Assembly: GCA_964016885.1 (NCBI GenBank)
Contig: OZ024742.1
Span: 11,532,001 to 11,596,000, forward strand
From: Eledone cirrhosa
Taxonomy: Eukaryota
DNA length: 64,000 bases
Direction: 5' to 3'
Part shown: positions 24,613-40,979 of the stretch, one piece after another
Position numbering within the stretch: the stretch's first letter is position 1
Layout of the letters: each line of letters starts with the position of its first letter
Notes under the pieces: generated by a model
What the model was told of the DNA's origin: nothing
What the model saw: the letters and a program-made list of their open reading frames with translations, nothing else
Database searches by the model: none
Made by a program: the position numbers and the translations under genes

Positions 24613-27600
24613 ACTATCAGTATAATATATACTATCAGTACAATATGTAGTATCAGTACAATATATAATATCAGTACAATATGTACTATCAGTACAATAT
24701 GTACTATCAGTACAATATGTACTATCAGTACAATATATAATATCAGTACAATATATACTATCAGTACAATATGTACTATCAGTACAATATATACTATCAG
24801 TACAATGTATACTATCAGTACAATATGTACTATCAGTACAATATGTACTATCAGTACAATATGTACTATCAGTACAATATATACTATCAGTAAAATATAT
24901 ACTATCAGTACAATATGTACTATCAATACAATATATAATATCAGTACAATGTATACTATCAGTACAATATATACTATCAGTACAATATATACTATCAGTA
25001 CAATATATACTATCCGTAAAATATATACTATCAGTACAATATGTACTATCAATACAATATATACTATCAGTACAATATATACTATCAGTAAAATATGTAC
25101 TATCAGTACAATATATACTATCCATACAATATATACTATCAGTACAATATATACTATCAGTACAATATATACTATCAATACAATATATACTATCAGTACA
25201 ATATATACTATCAGTACAATATATACTATCAGTACAATATATACTATCAGTACAATATGTACTATCAGTACAATATATACTATCAGTACAATATGTACTA
25301 TCAGTACAATATGTACTATCAGTACAGAATGTAGTATCAGTACAATATATACTATCAATACAATATATACTATCAGTACAATATATACTATCAGTACAAT
25401 ATATACTATCAGTACAATATATACTATCAGTACAATATGTACTATCAGTACAATATGAAACTATCAGTACAATATGTACTATCAGTACAATATGTACTAT
25501 CAGTACAATATGAAACTATCAGTACAATATGTACTATCAGTACAATATATACTATCAGTACAATATGTACTATCAGTACAATATGTACTATCAGTACAAT
25601 ATATATTATCAATACAATATATACTATCAGTACAATATGTACTATCAGTACAATGTATACTATCAGTACAATATTTACTTTCAGTACAATATATACTATC
25701 AATACAATATATACTATCAATACAATATGTACTATCAGTACAATATGTACTATCAATACAATATATGCTATCAGTACAATATATACTATCAGTACAATGT
25801 ATACTATCAGTACAATATGTACTATCAGTACAATATATACTATCAGTACAATATATACTATCAGTACAATATGTACAATCAGTACAATGTATACTATCAG
25901 TACAATATATACTATCAGTACAATATATACCATCAGTACAATATGTACTATCAGTACAATATATACTATCAGTACAATATATACTATCAGTACAATATGT
26001 ACTATCAGTACAATATATACTATCAATACAATATATACTATCAGTACAATATATACTATCAGTACAATATATACTATCAGTACAATATGTACCATCAGTA
26101 CAATATATACTATCAGTACAATATATACTATCAGTACAATATATACTATCAGTACAATATGTACTATCAGTACAATGTATACTATCAGTACAATATATAC
26201 TATCAGTACAATATATACTATCAGTACAATATGTAATATCAGTACAATATATACTATCAGTACAATATATACTATCAGTACAATATATACTATCAGTACA
26301 ATATGTACTATCAGTACAATATATACTATCAATACAATATATACTATCAGTACAATATATACTATCAGTACAATATGTACTATCAGTACAATATATACTA
26401 TCAGTACAATATATACTATCAGTACAATATATACTATCAGTACAATATGTACTATCAGTACAATATATACTATCAATACAATATATACTATCAGTACAAT
26501 ATATACTATCTGTACAATATATACTATCAGTACAATATGTACTATCAGTACAATATATACTATCAGTACAATATATACTATCAGTACAATATATACTATC
26601 AGTACAATATGTAGTATCAGTGCAATGTATACTATCAGTACAATATGTAGTATCAGTACAATATGTACTATCAGTACAATATGTACTATCAGTACAATAT
26701 ATACTATCAGTACAATATATACTATCAGTACAATGTATACTATCAGTACAATATATACTATCAGTACAATATATACTATCAGTACAATATATATTATCAG
26801 TACAATATGTACTATCAGTACAATATGTAGTATCAGTACAATGTATACTATCAGTACAATATGTACTATCAGTACAATATATACTATCAATACAATATAT
26901 ACTATCAGTACAATGTATACTATCGGTATAATATGTACTATCAATACAATATATACTATCAGTACAATATGTAGTATCAGTACAATGTATACTATCAGTA
27001 CAATATATACTATCAGTACAATATGTACTATCAGTACAATATATACTATCAATACAATATATACTATCAGTACAATGTATACTATCAGTACAATATGTAC
27101 TATCAGTACAATGTATACTATCAGTATAATATGTAGTATCAGTACAATATGTACTATCAGTACAATGTATACTATCAGTACAATATATACTATCAGTACA
27201 ATATATACTATCAGTACAATATGTACTATCAGTACAATATATACTATCAGTACAATATATACTATCAGTACAATATATACTATCAGTACAATATATACTA
27301 TCAGTACAATGTATACTATCAGTATAATATGTACTATCAGTACAATATATACTATCAGTACAATATATACTATCAGTATAATATGTACTATCAGTACAAT
27401 ATATACTATCAGTACAATATATACTATCAGTACAATATGTAGTATCAGTACAATATGTACTATCAGTACAATATATACTATCAGTACAATGTATACTATC
27501 AGTATAATATGTACTATCAATACAATATGTACTATCAGTACAATGTATACTATCAGTACAATATGTACTATCAGTACAATATATACTATCAATACAATAT

Positions 27601-30600
27601 ATACTATCAGTACAATATATACTATCAGTACAATATATACTATCAGTACAATATGTACTATCAGTACAATATATACTATCAGTACAATATATACTATCAG
27701 TACAATATATACTATCAGTACAATATGTACTATCAGTACAATATATACTATCAATACAATATATACTATCAGTACAATATATACTATCAGTACAATATAT
27801 ACTATCAGTACAATATGTACTATCAGTACAATATATACTATCAGTACAATATATACTATCAGTACAATATATACTATCAGTACAATATGTAGTATCAGTA
27901 CAATGTATACTATCAGTACAATATGTAGTATCAGTACAATATGTACTATCAGTACAATATGTACTATCAGTACAATATTTACTATCAGTACAATATATAA
28001 TATCAGTACAATGTATACTATCAGTACAATATATACTATCAGTACAATATATACTATCATTACAATATATACTATCAGTACAATATGTACTATCAGTACA
28101 ATATGTAGTATCAGTACAATGTATACTATCAGTACAATATGTACTATCAGTACAATATATACTATCAATACAATATATACTATCAGTACAATGTATACTA
28201 TCGGTATAATATGTACTATCAATACAATATATACTATCAGTACAATATGTAGTATCAGTACAATGTATACTATCAGTACAATATATACTATCAGTACAAT
28301 ATGTACTATCAGTACAATATATATTATCAATACAATATATACTATCAGTACAATATGTACTATCAGTACAATGTATACTATCAGTACAATATGTACTTTC
28401 AGTACAATATATACTATCAATACAATATATACTATCAATACAATATGTACTATCAGTACAATATGTACTATCAATACAATATATGCTATCAGTACAATAT
28501 ATACTATCAGTACAATGTATACTATCAGTACAATATGTACTATCAGTACAATATATACCATCAGTACAATATATACTATCAGTACAATATGTACAATCAG
28601 TACAATGTATACTATCAGTACAATATATACTATCAGTACAATATATACCATCAGTACAATATGTACTATCAGTACAATATATACTATCAGTACAATATAT
28701 ACTATCAGTACAATATGTACTATCAGTACAATATATACTATCAATACAATATATACTATCAGTACAATATATACTATCAGTACAATATATACTATCAGTA
28801 CAATATGTACCATCAGTACAATATATACTATCAGTACAATATATACTATCAGTACAATATATACTATCAGTACAATATGTACTATCAGTACAATGTATAC
28901 TATCAGTACAATATATACTATCAGTACAATATATACTATCAGTACAATATGTAATATCAGTACAATATATACTATCAGTACAATATGTACTATCAGTACA
29001 ATATGAAAATATCAGTACAATATGTACTATCAGTACAATATATACTATCAGTACAATATGTACTATCAGTACAATATGTACTATCAGTACAATATATATT
29101 ATCAATACAATATATACTATCAGTACAATATGTACTATCAGTACAATGTATACTATCAGTACAATATGTACTTTCAGTACAATATATACTATCAATACAA
29201 TATATACTATCAATACAATATGTACTATCAGTACAATATGTACTATCAATACAATATATGCTATCAGTACAATATATACTATCAGTACAATGTATACTAT
29301 CAGTACAATATGTACTATCAGTACAATATATACTATCAGTACAATATATACTATCAGTACAATATGTACAATCAGTACAATGTATACTATCAGTACAATA
29401 TATACTATCAGTACAATATATACCATCAGTACAATATGTACTATCAGTACAATATATACTATCAGTACAATATATACTATCAGTACAATATGTACTATCA
29501 GTACAATATATACTATCAATACAATATATACTATCAGTACAATATATACTATCAGTACAATATATACTATCAGTACAATATGTACCATCAGTACAATATA
29601 TACTATCAGTACAATATATACTATCAGTACAATATATACTATCAGTACAATATGTACTATCAGTACAATGTATACTATCAGTACAATATATACTATCAGT
29701 ACAATATATACTATCAGTACAATATGTAATATCAGTACAATATATACTATCAGTACAATATATACTATCAGTACAATATATACTATCAGTACAATATGTA
29801 CTATCAGTACAATATATACTATCAATACAATATATACTATCAGTACAATATATACTATCAGTACAATATGTACTATCAGTACAATATATACTATCAGTAC
29901 AATATATACTATCAGTACAATATATACTATCAGTACAATATGTACTATCAGTACAATATATACTATCAATACAATATATACTATCAGTACAATATATACT
30001 ATCTGTACAATATATACTATCAGTACAATATGTACTATCAGTACAATATATACTATCAGTACAATATATACTATCAGTACAATATATACTATCAGTACAA
30101 TATGTAGTATCAGTACAATGTATACTATCAGTACAATATGTAGTATCAGTACAATATGTACTATCAGTACAATATGTACTATCAGTACAATATATACTAT
30201 CAGTACAATATATACTATCAGTACAATGTATACTATCAGTACAATATATACTATCAGTACAATATATACTATCAGTACAATATATATTATCAGTACAATA
30301 TGTACTATCAGTACAATATGTAGTATCAGTACAATGTATACTATCAGTACAATATGTACTATCAGTACAATATATACTATCAATACAATATATACTATCA
30401 GTACAATGTATACTATCGGTATAATATGTACTATCAATACAATATATACTATCAGTACAATATGTAGTATCAGTACAATGTATACTATCAGTACAATATA
30501 TACTATCAGTACAATATGTACTATCAGTACAATATATACTATCAATACAATATATACTATCAGTACAATGTATACTATCAGTACAATATGTACTATCAGT

Positions 30601-32331
30601 ACAATGTATACTATCAGTATAATATGTAGTATCAGTACAATATGTACTATCAGTACAATGTATACTATCAGTACAATATATACTATCAGTACAATATATA
30701 CTATCAGTACAATATGTACTATCAGTACAATATATACTATCAGTACAATATATACTATCAGTACAATATATACTATCAGTACAATATATACTATCAGTAC
30801 AATGTATACTATCAGTATAATATGTACTATCAGTACAATATATACTATCAGTACAATATATACTATCAGTATAATATGTACTATCAGTACAATATATACT
30901 ATCAGTACAATATATACTATCAGTACAATATGTAGTATCAGTACAATATGTACTATCAGTACAATATATACTATCAGTACAATGTATACTATCAGTATAA
31001 TATGTACTATCAATACAATATGTACTATCAGTACAATGTATACTATCAGTACAATATGTACTATCAGTACAATATATACTATCAATACAATATATACTAT
31101 CAGTACAATATATACTATCAGTACAATATATACTATCAGTACAATATGTACTATCAGTACAATATATACTATCAGTACAATATATACTATCAGTACAATA
31201 TATACTATCAGTACAATATGTACTATCAGTACAATATATACTATCAATACAATATATACTATCAGTACAATATATACTATCAGTACAATATATACTATCA
31301 GTACAATATGTACTATCAGTACAATATATACTATCAGTACAATATATACTATCAGTACAATATATACTATCAGTACAATATGTAGTATCAGTACAATGTA
31401 TACTATCAGTACAATATGTAGTATCAGTACAATATGTACTATCAGTACAATATGTACTATCAGTACAATATTTACTATCAGTACAATATATACTATCAGT
31501 ACAATGTATACTATCAGTACAATATATACTATCAGTACAATATATACTATCAGTACAATATATACTATCAGTACAATATGTACTATCAGTACAATATGTA
31601 GTATCAGTACAATGTATACTATCAGTACAATATGTACTATCAGTACAATATATACTATCAATACAATATATACTATCAGTACAATGTATACTATCGGTAT
31701 AATATGTACTATCTATACAATATATACTATCAGTACAATATGTAGTATCAGTACAATGTATACTATCAGTACAATATATACTATCAGTACAATATGTACT
31801 ATCAGTACAATATATACTATCAATACAATATATACTATCAGTACAATGTATACTATCAGTACAATATGTACTATCAGTACAATGTATACTATCAGTATAA
31901 TATGTAGTATCAGTACAATATGTACTATCAGTACAATGTATACTATCAGTACAATATATACTATCAGTACAATATATACTATCAGTACAATATGTACTAT
32001 CAGTACAATATATACTATCAGTACAATATATACTATCAGTACAATATATACTATCAGTACAATATATACTATCAGTACAATGTATACTATCAGTATAATA
32101 TGTACTATCAGTACAATATATATTATCAGTACAATATATACTATCAGTATAATATGTACTATCAGTACAATATATACTATCAGTACAATATATACTATCA
32201 GTACAATATGTAGTATCAGTACAATATGTACTATCAGTACAATATATACTATCAGTACAATGTATACTATCAGTATAATATGTACTATCAATACAATATG
32301 TACTATCAGTACAGTTACAATATGTACTATC
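24613..32331 (+). repeat. 18-bp satellite block B1 (ACTATCAGTACAATATRT), inverted relative to block A
   Basis: Tandem 18-mers; 3493-bp and 1278-bp higher-order duplications. Confidence 0.98.
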
Positions 32332-32468
32332 AGCATAGTTACGTCCCTTTACGATCTGAGTTCAAATCCCACCTCGGTTGACTTTGCCTTTCATCCTTAC
32401 GGGGTCGATAAAATAAAGTACCAGTAATGAATTGGGTAATTGCTGGCCTTGTGCCTAAAGTAGAAACA
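32332..32468 (+). mobile_element. SINE family 2 fragment embedded in the satellite
   Basis: ctgagttcaaatccc..gactttgcctttcatccttacggggtcgataaaataaagtaccag..ttgctggccttgtgcctaaagtagaaac. Confidence 0.9.
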
Positions 32469-35400
32469 AATACAATATGTACTATCAGTACAATGTATAC
32501 TATCAGTACAATATGTACTATCAGTACAATATATACTATCAATACAATATATACTATCAGTACAATATATACTATCAGTACAATATATACTATCAGTACA
32601 ATATGTACTATCAGTACAATATATACTATCAGTACAATATATACTATCAGTACAATATATACTATCAGTACAATATGTACTATCAGTACAATATATACTA
32701 TCAATACAATATATACTATCAGTACAATATATACTATCAGTACAATATATACTATCAGTACAATATGTACTATCAGTACAATATATACTATCAGTACAAT
32801 ATATACTATCAGTACAATATATACTATCAGTACAATATGTAGTATCAGTACAATGTATACTATCAGTACAATATGTAGTATCAGTACAATATATACTATC
32901 AGTACAATATATACTATCAGTACAATATATACTATCAGTACAACGTATACTATCAGTACAATATATACTATCAGTACAATATATACTATCAGTACAATAT
33001 ATACTATCAGTACAATATGTACTATCAGTACAATATGTAGTATCAGTACAATGTATACTATCAGTACAATATGTACTATCAGTACAATATATACTATCAA
33101 TACAATATATACTATCAGTACAATGTATACTATCGGTATAATATGTACTATCAATACAATATATACTATCAGTACAATATGTAGTATCAGTACAATGTAT
33201 ACTATCAGTACAATATATACTATCAGTACAATATGTACTATCAGTACAATATATACTATCAATACAATATATACTAGCAGTACAATGTATACTATCAGTA
33301 CAATATGTACTATCAGTACAATGTATACTATCAGTATAATATGTAGTATCAGTACAATATGTACTATCAGTACAATGTATACTATCAGTACAATATATAC
33401 TATCAGTACAATATATACTATCAGTACAATATGTACTATCAGTACAATATATACTATCAGTACAATATATACTATCAGTACAATATATACTATCAGTACA
33501 ATGTATACTATCAGTATAATATGTACTATCAGTACAATATATACTATCAGTACAATATATACTATCAGTATAATATGTACTATCAGTACAATATATACTA
33601 TCAGTACAATATATACTATCAGTACAATATGTAGTATCAGTACAATATGTACTATCAGTATAATATATACTATCAGTACAATGTATACTATCAGTATAAT
33701 ATGTACTATCAATACAATATGTACTATCAGTACAATGTATACTATCAGTACAATATGTACTATCAGTACAATATATACTATCAATACAATATATACTATC
33801 AGTACAATATATACTATCAGTACAATATATACTATCAGTACAATATGTACTATCAGTACAATATATACTATCAGTACAATATATACTATCAGTACAATAT
33901 ATACTATCAGTACAATATGTACTATCAGTACAATATATACTATCAATACAATATATACTATCAGTACAATATATACTATCAGTACAATATGTACTATCAG
34001 TACAATATATACTATCAGTACAATATATACTATCAGTACAATATATACTATCAGTACAATATGTACTATCAGTACAATATATACTATCAATACAATATAT
34101 ACTATCAGTACAATATATACTCTCAGTACAATATATACTATCAGTACAATATGTACTATCAGTACAATATATACTATCAGTTCAATATATACTATCAGTA
34201 CAATATATACTATCAGTACAATATGTAGTATCAGTACAATGTATACTATCAGTACAATATGTAGTATCAGTACAATATGTACTATCAGTACAATATGTAC
34301 TATCAGTACAATATATACTATCAGTACAATATATACTATCAATACAATGTATACTATCAGTACAATATATACTATCAGTACAATATATACTATCAGTACA
34401 ATATATACTATCAGTACAATATGTACTATCAGTACAATATGTAGTATCAGTACAATGTATACTATCAGTACAATATGTACTATCAGTACAATATATACTA
34501 TCAATACAATATATACTATCAGTACAATGTATACTATCGGTATAATATGTACTATCAATACAATATATACTATCAGTACAATATGTAGTATCAGTACAAT
34601 GTATACTATCAGTACAATATATACTATCAGTACAATATGTACTATCAGTACAATATATACTATCAATACAATATATACTATCAGTACAATGTATACTATC
34701 AGTACAATATGTACTATCAGTACAATGTATACTATCAGTATAATATGTAGTATCAGTACAATATGTACTATCAGTACAATGTATACTATCAGTACAATAT
34801 ATACTATCAGTACAATATATACTATCAGTACAATATGTACTATCAGTACAATATATACTATCAGTACAATATATACTATCAGTACAATATATACTATCAG
34901 TACAATATATACTATCAGTACAATGTATACTATCAGTATAATATGTACTATCAGTACAATATATACTATCAGTACAATATATACTATCAGTATAATATGT
35001 ACTATCAGTACAATATATACTATCAGTACAATATATACTATCAGTACAATATGTAGTATCAGTACAATATGTACTATCAGTACAATATATACTATCAGTA
35101 CAATGTATACTATCAGTATAATATGTACTATCAATACAATATGTACTATCAGTAGAATGTATACTATCAGTATAATATATACTATCAATACAATATGTAC
35201 TATCAGTAGAATGTATACTATCAGTACAATATATACTATCAGTACAATATATACTATCAGTACAATATATACTATCAGTACAATGTATACTATCAGTACA
35301 ATATGTAGTATCAGTACAATGTATACTATCAGTACAATATATACTATCAGTACAATATGTACTATCAGTACAATATATACTATCAATACAATATATACTA

Positions 35401-38400
35401 TCAGTACAATATATACTATCAGTACAATATGTACTATCAGTACAATATATACTATCAGTACAATATATACTATCAGTACAATATATACTATCAGTACAAT
35501 ATGTACTATCAGTACAATATATACTATCAATACAATATATACTATCAGTACAATATATACTATCAGTACAATATATACTATCAGTACAATATGTACTATC
35601 AGTACAATATATACTATCAGTACAATATATACTATCAGTACAATATATACTATCAGTACAATATGTAGTATCAGTACAATGTATACTATCAGTACAATAT
35701 GTAGTATCAGTACAATATGTACTATCAGTACAATATGTACTATCAGTACAATATATACTATCAGTACAATATATACTATCAGTACAATGTATACTATCAG
35801 TACAATATATACTATCAGTACAATATATACTATCAGTACAATATATACTATCAGTACAATATGTACTATCAGTACAATATGTAGTATCAGTACAATGTAT
35901 ACTATCAGTACAATATGTACTATCAGTACAATATATACTATCAATACAATATATACTATCAGTACAATGTATACTATCGGTATAATATGTACTATCAATA
36001 CAATATATACTATCAGTACAATATGTAGTATCAGTACAATGTATACTATCAGTACAATATATACTATCAGTACAATATGTACTATCAGTACAATATATAC
36101 TATCAATACAATATATACTATCAGTACAATGTATACTATCAGTACAATATGTACTATCAGTACAATGTATACTATCAGTATAATATGTAGTATCAGTACA
36201 ATATGTACTATCAGTACAATGTATACTATCAGTACAATATATACTATCAGTACAATATATACTATCAGTACAATATGTACTATCAGTACAATATATACTA
36301 TCAGTACAATATATACTATCAGTACAATATATACTATCAGTACAATATATACTATCAGTACAATGTATACTATCAGTATAATATGTACTATCAGTACAAT
36401 ATATACTATCAGTACAATATATACTATCAGTATAATATGTACTATCAGTACAATATATACTATCAGTACAATATATACTATCAGTACAATATGTAGTATC
36501 AGTACAATATGTACTATCAGTACAATATATACTATCAGTACAATGTATACTATCAGTATAATATGTACTATCAATACAATATGTACTATCAGTAGAATGT
36601 ATACTATCAGTATAATATGTACTATCAATACAATATGTACTATCAGTAGAATGTATACTATCAGTACAATATATACTATCAGTACAATATATACTATCAG
36701 TACAATATATACTATCAGTACAATGTATACTATCAGTACAATATGTAGTATCAGTACAATGTATACTATCAGTACAATATATACTATCAGTACAATATGT
36801 ACTATCAGTACAATATATACTATCAGTACAATATGTAGTATCAGTACAATGTATACTATCAGTACAATATATACTATCAGTACAATATGTACTATCAGTA
36901 CAATATATACTATCAATACAATATATACTATCAGTACAATGTATACTATCGGTATAATATGTACTATCAATACAATATATACTATCAGTACAATATGTAG
37001 TATCAGTACAATGTATACTATCAGTACAATATATACTATCAGTACAATATGTACTATCAGTACAATATATACTATCAATACAATATATACTATCAGTACA
37101 ATGTATACTATCAGTACAATATGTACTATCAGTACAATGTATACTATCAGTATAATATGTAGTATCAGTACAATATGTACTATCAGTACAATGTATACTA
37201 TCAGTACAATATATACTATCAGTACAATATATACTATCAGTACAATATGTACTATCAGTACAATATATACTATCAGTACAATATATACTATCAGTACAAT
37301 ATATACTATCAGTACAATATATACTATCAGTACAATGTATACTATCAGTATAATATGTACTATCAGTACAATATATACTATCAGTACAATATATACTATC
37401 AGTATAATATGTACTATCAGTACAATATATACTATCAGTACAATATATACTATCAGTACAATATGTAGTATCAGTACAATATGTACTATCAGTACAATAT
37501 ATACTATCAGTACAATGTATACTATCAGTATAATATGTACTATCAATACAATATGTACTATCAGTAGAATGTATACTATCAGTATAATATATACTATCAA
37601 TACAATATGTACTATCAGTAGAATGTATACTATCAGTACAATATATACTATCAGTACAATATATACTATCAGTACAATATATACTATCAGTACAATGTAT
37701 ACTATCAGTACAATATGTAGTATCAGTACAATGTATACTATCAGTACAATATATACTATCAGTACAATATGTACTATCAGTACAATATATACTATCAATA
37801 CAATATATACTATCAGTACAATATATACTATCAGTACAATATGTACTATCAGTACAATATATACTATCAGTACAATATATACTATCAGTACAATATATAC
37901 TATCAGTACAATATGTACTATCAGTACAATATATACTATCAATACAATATATACTATCAGTACAATATATACTATCAGTACAATATATACTATCAGTACA
38001 ATATGTACTATCAGTACAATATATACTATCAGTACAATATATACTATCAGTACAATATATACTATCAGTACAATATGTAGTATCAGTACAATGTATACTA
38101 TCAGTACAATATGTAGTATCAGTACAATATGTACTATCAGTACAATATGTACTATCAGTACAATATATACTATCAGTACAATATATACTATCAGTACAAT
38201 GTATACTATCAGTACAATATATACTATCAGTACAATATATACTATCAGTACAATATATACTATCAGTACAATATGTACTATCAGTACAATATGTAGTATC
38301 AGTACAATGTATACTATCAGTACAATATGTACTATCAGTACAATATATACTATCAATACAATATATACTATCAGTACAATGTATACTATCGGTATAATAT

Positions 38401-40314
38401 GTACTATCAATACAATATATACTATCAGTACAATATGTAGTATCAGTACAATGTATACTATCAGTACAATATATACTATCAGTACAATATGTACTATCAG
38501 TACAATATATACTATCAATACAATATATACTATCAGTACAATGTATACTATCAGTACAATATGTACTATCAGTACAATGTATACTATCAGTATAATATGT
38601 AGTATCAGTACAATATGTACTATCAGTACAATGTATACTATCAGTACAATATATACTATCAGTACAATATATACTATCAGTACAATATGTACTATCAGTA
38701 CAATATATACTATCAGTACAATATATACTATCAGTACAATATATACTATCAGTACAATATATACTATCAGTACAATGTATACTATCAGTATAATATGTAC
38801 TATCAGTACAATATATACTATCAGTACAATATATACTATCAGTATAATATGTACTATCAGTACAATATATACTATCAGTACAATATATACTATCAGTACA
38901 ATATGTAGTATCAGTACAATATGTACTATCAGTACAATATATACTATCAGTACAATGTATACTATCAGTATAATATGTACTATCAATACAATATGTACTA
39001 TCAGTAGAATGTATACTATCAGTATAATATGTACTATCAATACAATATGTACTATCAGTAGAATGTATACTATCAGTACAATATATACTATCAGTACAAT
39101 ATATACTATCAGTACAATATATACTATCAGTACAATATATACTATCAGTACAATATGTAGTATCAGTACAATGTATACTATCAGTACAATATATACTATC
39201 AGTACAATATGTACTATCAGTACAATATATACTATCAATACAATATATACTATCAGTACAATGTATACTATCAGTACAATATATACTATCAGTACAATAT
39301 ATACTATCAGTACAATATATACTATCAGTACAATGTATACTATCAGTACAATATGTAGTATCAGTACAATGTATACTATCAGTACAATATACACTATCAG
39401 TACAATATGTACTATCAGTACAATATATACTATCAGTACAATATGTAGTATCAGTACAATGTATACTATCAGTACAATATATACTATCAGTACAATATGT
39501 ACTATCAGTACAATATATACTATCAGTACAATATATACTATCAATACAATATATACTATCAGTACAATATATACTATCAGTACAATATGTACTATCAGTA
39601 GAATGTATACTATCAGTACAATATATACTATCAGTACAATATATACTATCAGTACAATATGTACTATCAGTACAATATATACTATCAGTACAATATATAC
39701 TATCAGTACAATATGTAGTATCAGTACAATATATACTATCAGTACAATATGTACTATCAGTACAATATATACTATCAGTACAATATATACTATCAGTACA
39801 ATGTATACTATCAATACAATATATACTATCAGTACAATGTATACTATCAGTACAATATATACTATCAGTACAATATGTACTATCAGTACAATATATACTA
39901 TCAATACAATATATACTATCAGTACAATGTATACTATCGGTATAATATGTACTATCAGTACAATATATACTATCAGTACAATATATACTATCAGTACAAT
40001 ATATACTATCAGTACAATGTATACTATCAATACAATATGTACTATCAGTACAATATGTACTATCAGTACAATATGTACTATCAGTACAATATATACTATC
40101 AGTACAATATATACTATCAATACAATATATACTATCAGTACAATGTATACTATCGGTATAATATGTACTATCAGTACAATATATACTATCAGTACAATAT
40201 GTACTATCAGTACAATATGTACTATCAGTACAATATATACTATCAGTACAATATATACTATCAATACAATATATACTATCAGTACAATGTATACTATCGG
40301 TATAATATGTACTA
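32469..40314 (+). repeat. 18-bp satellite block B2
   Basis: Tandem 18-mers; 1440-bp and 2412-bp higher-order periods. Confidence 0.98.
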
Positions 40315-40979
40315 CTAACTACACTAATTCCACTAAATTTAGTTTTGTATAATATGCTTCAAGTCGGCGAATTCGCAGAGTCGTTAGAAGGTCTGATATA
40401 GAATACCTTGTGGTGTTTGTTTCAGCGCTCTCCTCTCTCAGTTCAAATCCTACCGAGGTCAACTTTGCATTTCAGCCATTCGAGGTTGATAAGAAAAGTA
40501 GCAGTCACGTAATGGGGTGGATCCTTCCTCTATATATCTTTCTTCATTCTATTCTCTCTCTCTCTCTGTCCCTCTCTCTGGAAAAAGTCTGGTGCATTCT
40601 GACCAGGAAAAGAAATGGGTTCAGCCAGATTTTAAAAATGCCCTAGAAACGCTGTATGTCAAGGAGGCGTCCCTACGACTCCCCCGACGAGTTACAAGAC
40701 CATACATGCAAAATATGGTTGGCACAATTCTCTACATATGCAATATGTCATTGAGTCCAGTGGAAAGTATCAAGGCAATGACCAACGTTCTACACATCAC
40801 CTAAACTTCTAACAAAAATATTTATAAAACCGTTTCTTATTTCAGTGGCAAATCAGAAACTGTAACGAAAATACATGAGATGATTGGCTTCCATCGGAAA
40901 GTATGTCCCCTAACACTTCCAAAATCGCAATTGTTTCTTTTAATTTAAACTGTGTTAATACAAAGAAATATAAGACCGA
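40315..40979 (+). repeat. Inverted duplicate of 21502-22160
   Basis: Reverse-complement match; ends abruptly at aagaccga and is fused to satellite. Confidence 0.95.

Noticed and set aside
40517-40804. Possible exon after a polypyrimidine tract (also 21677-21958)
   Set aside because: No AG acceptor at the end of the tract, and a diverged copy follows the same SINE head at 19320-19410, so it is better explained as a repeat tail
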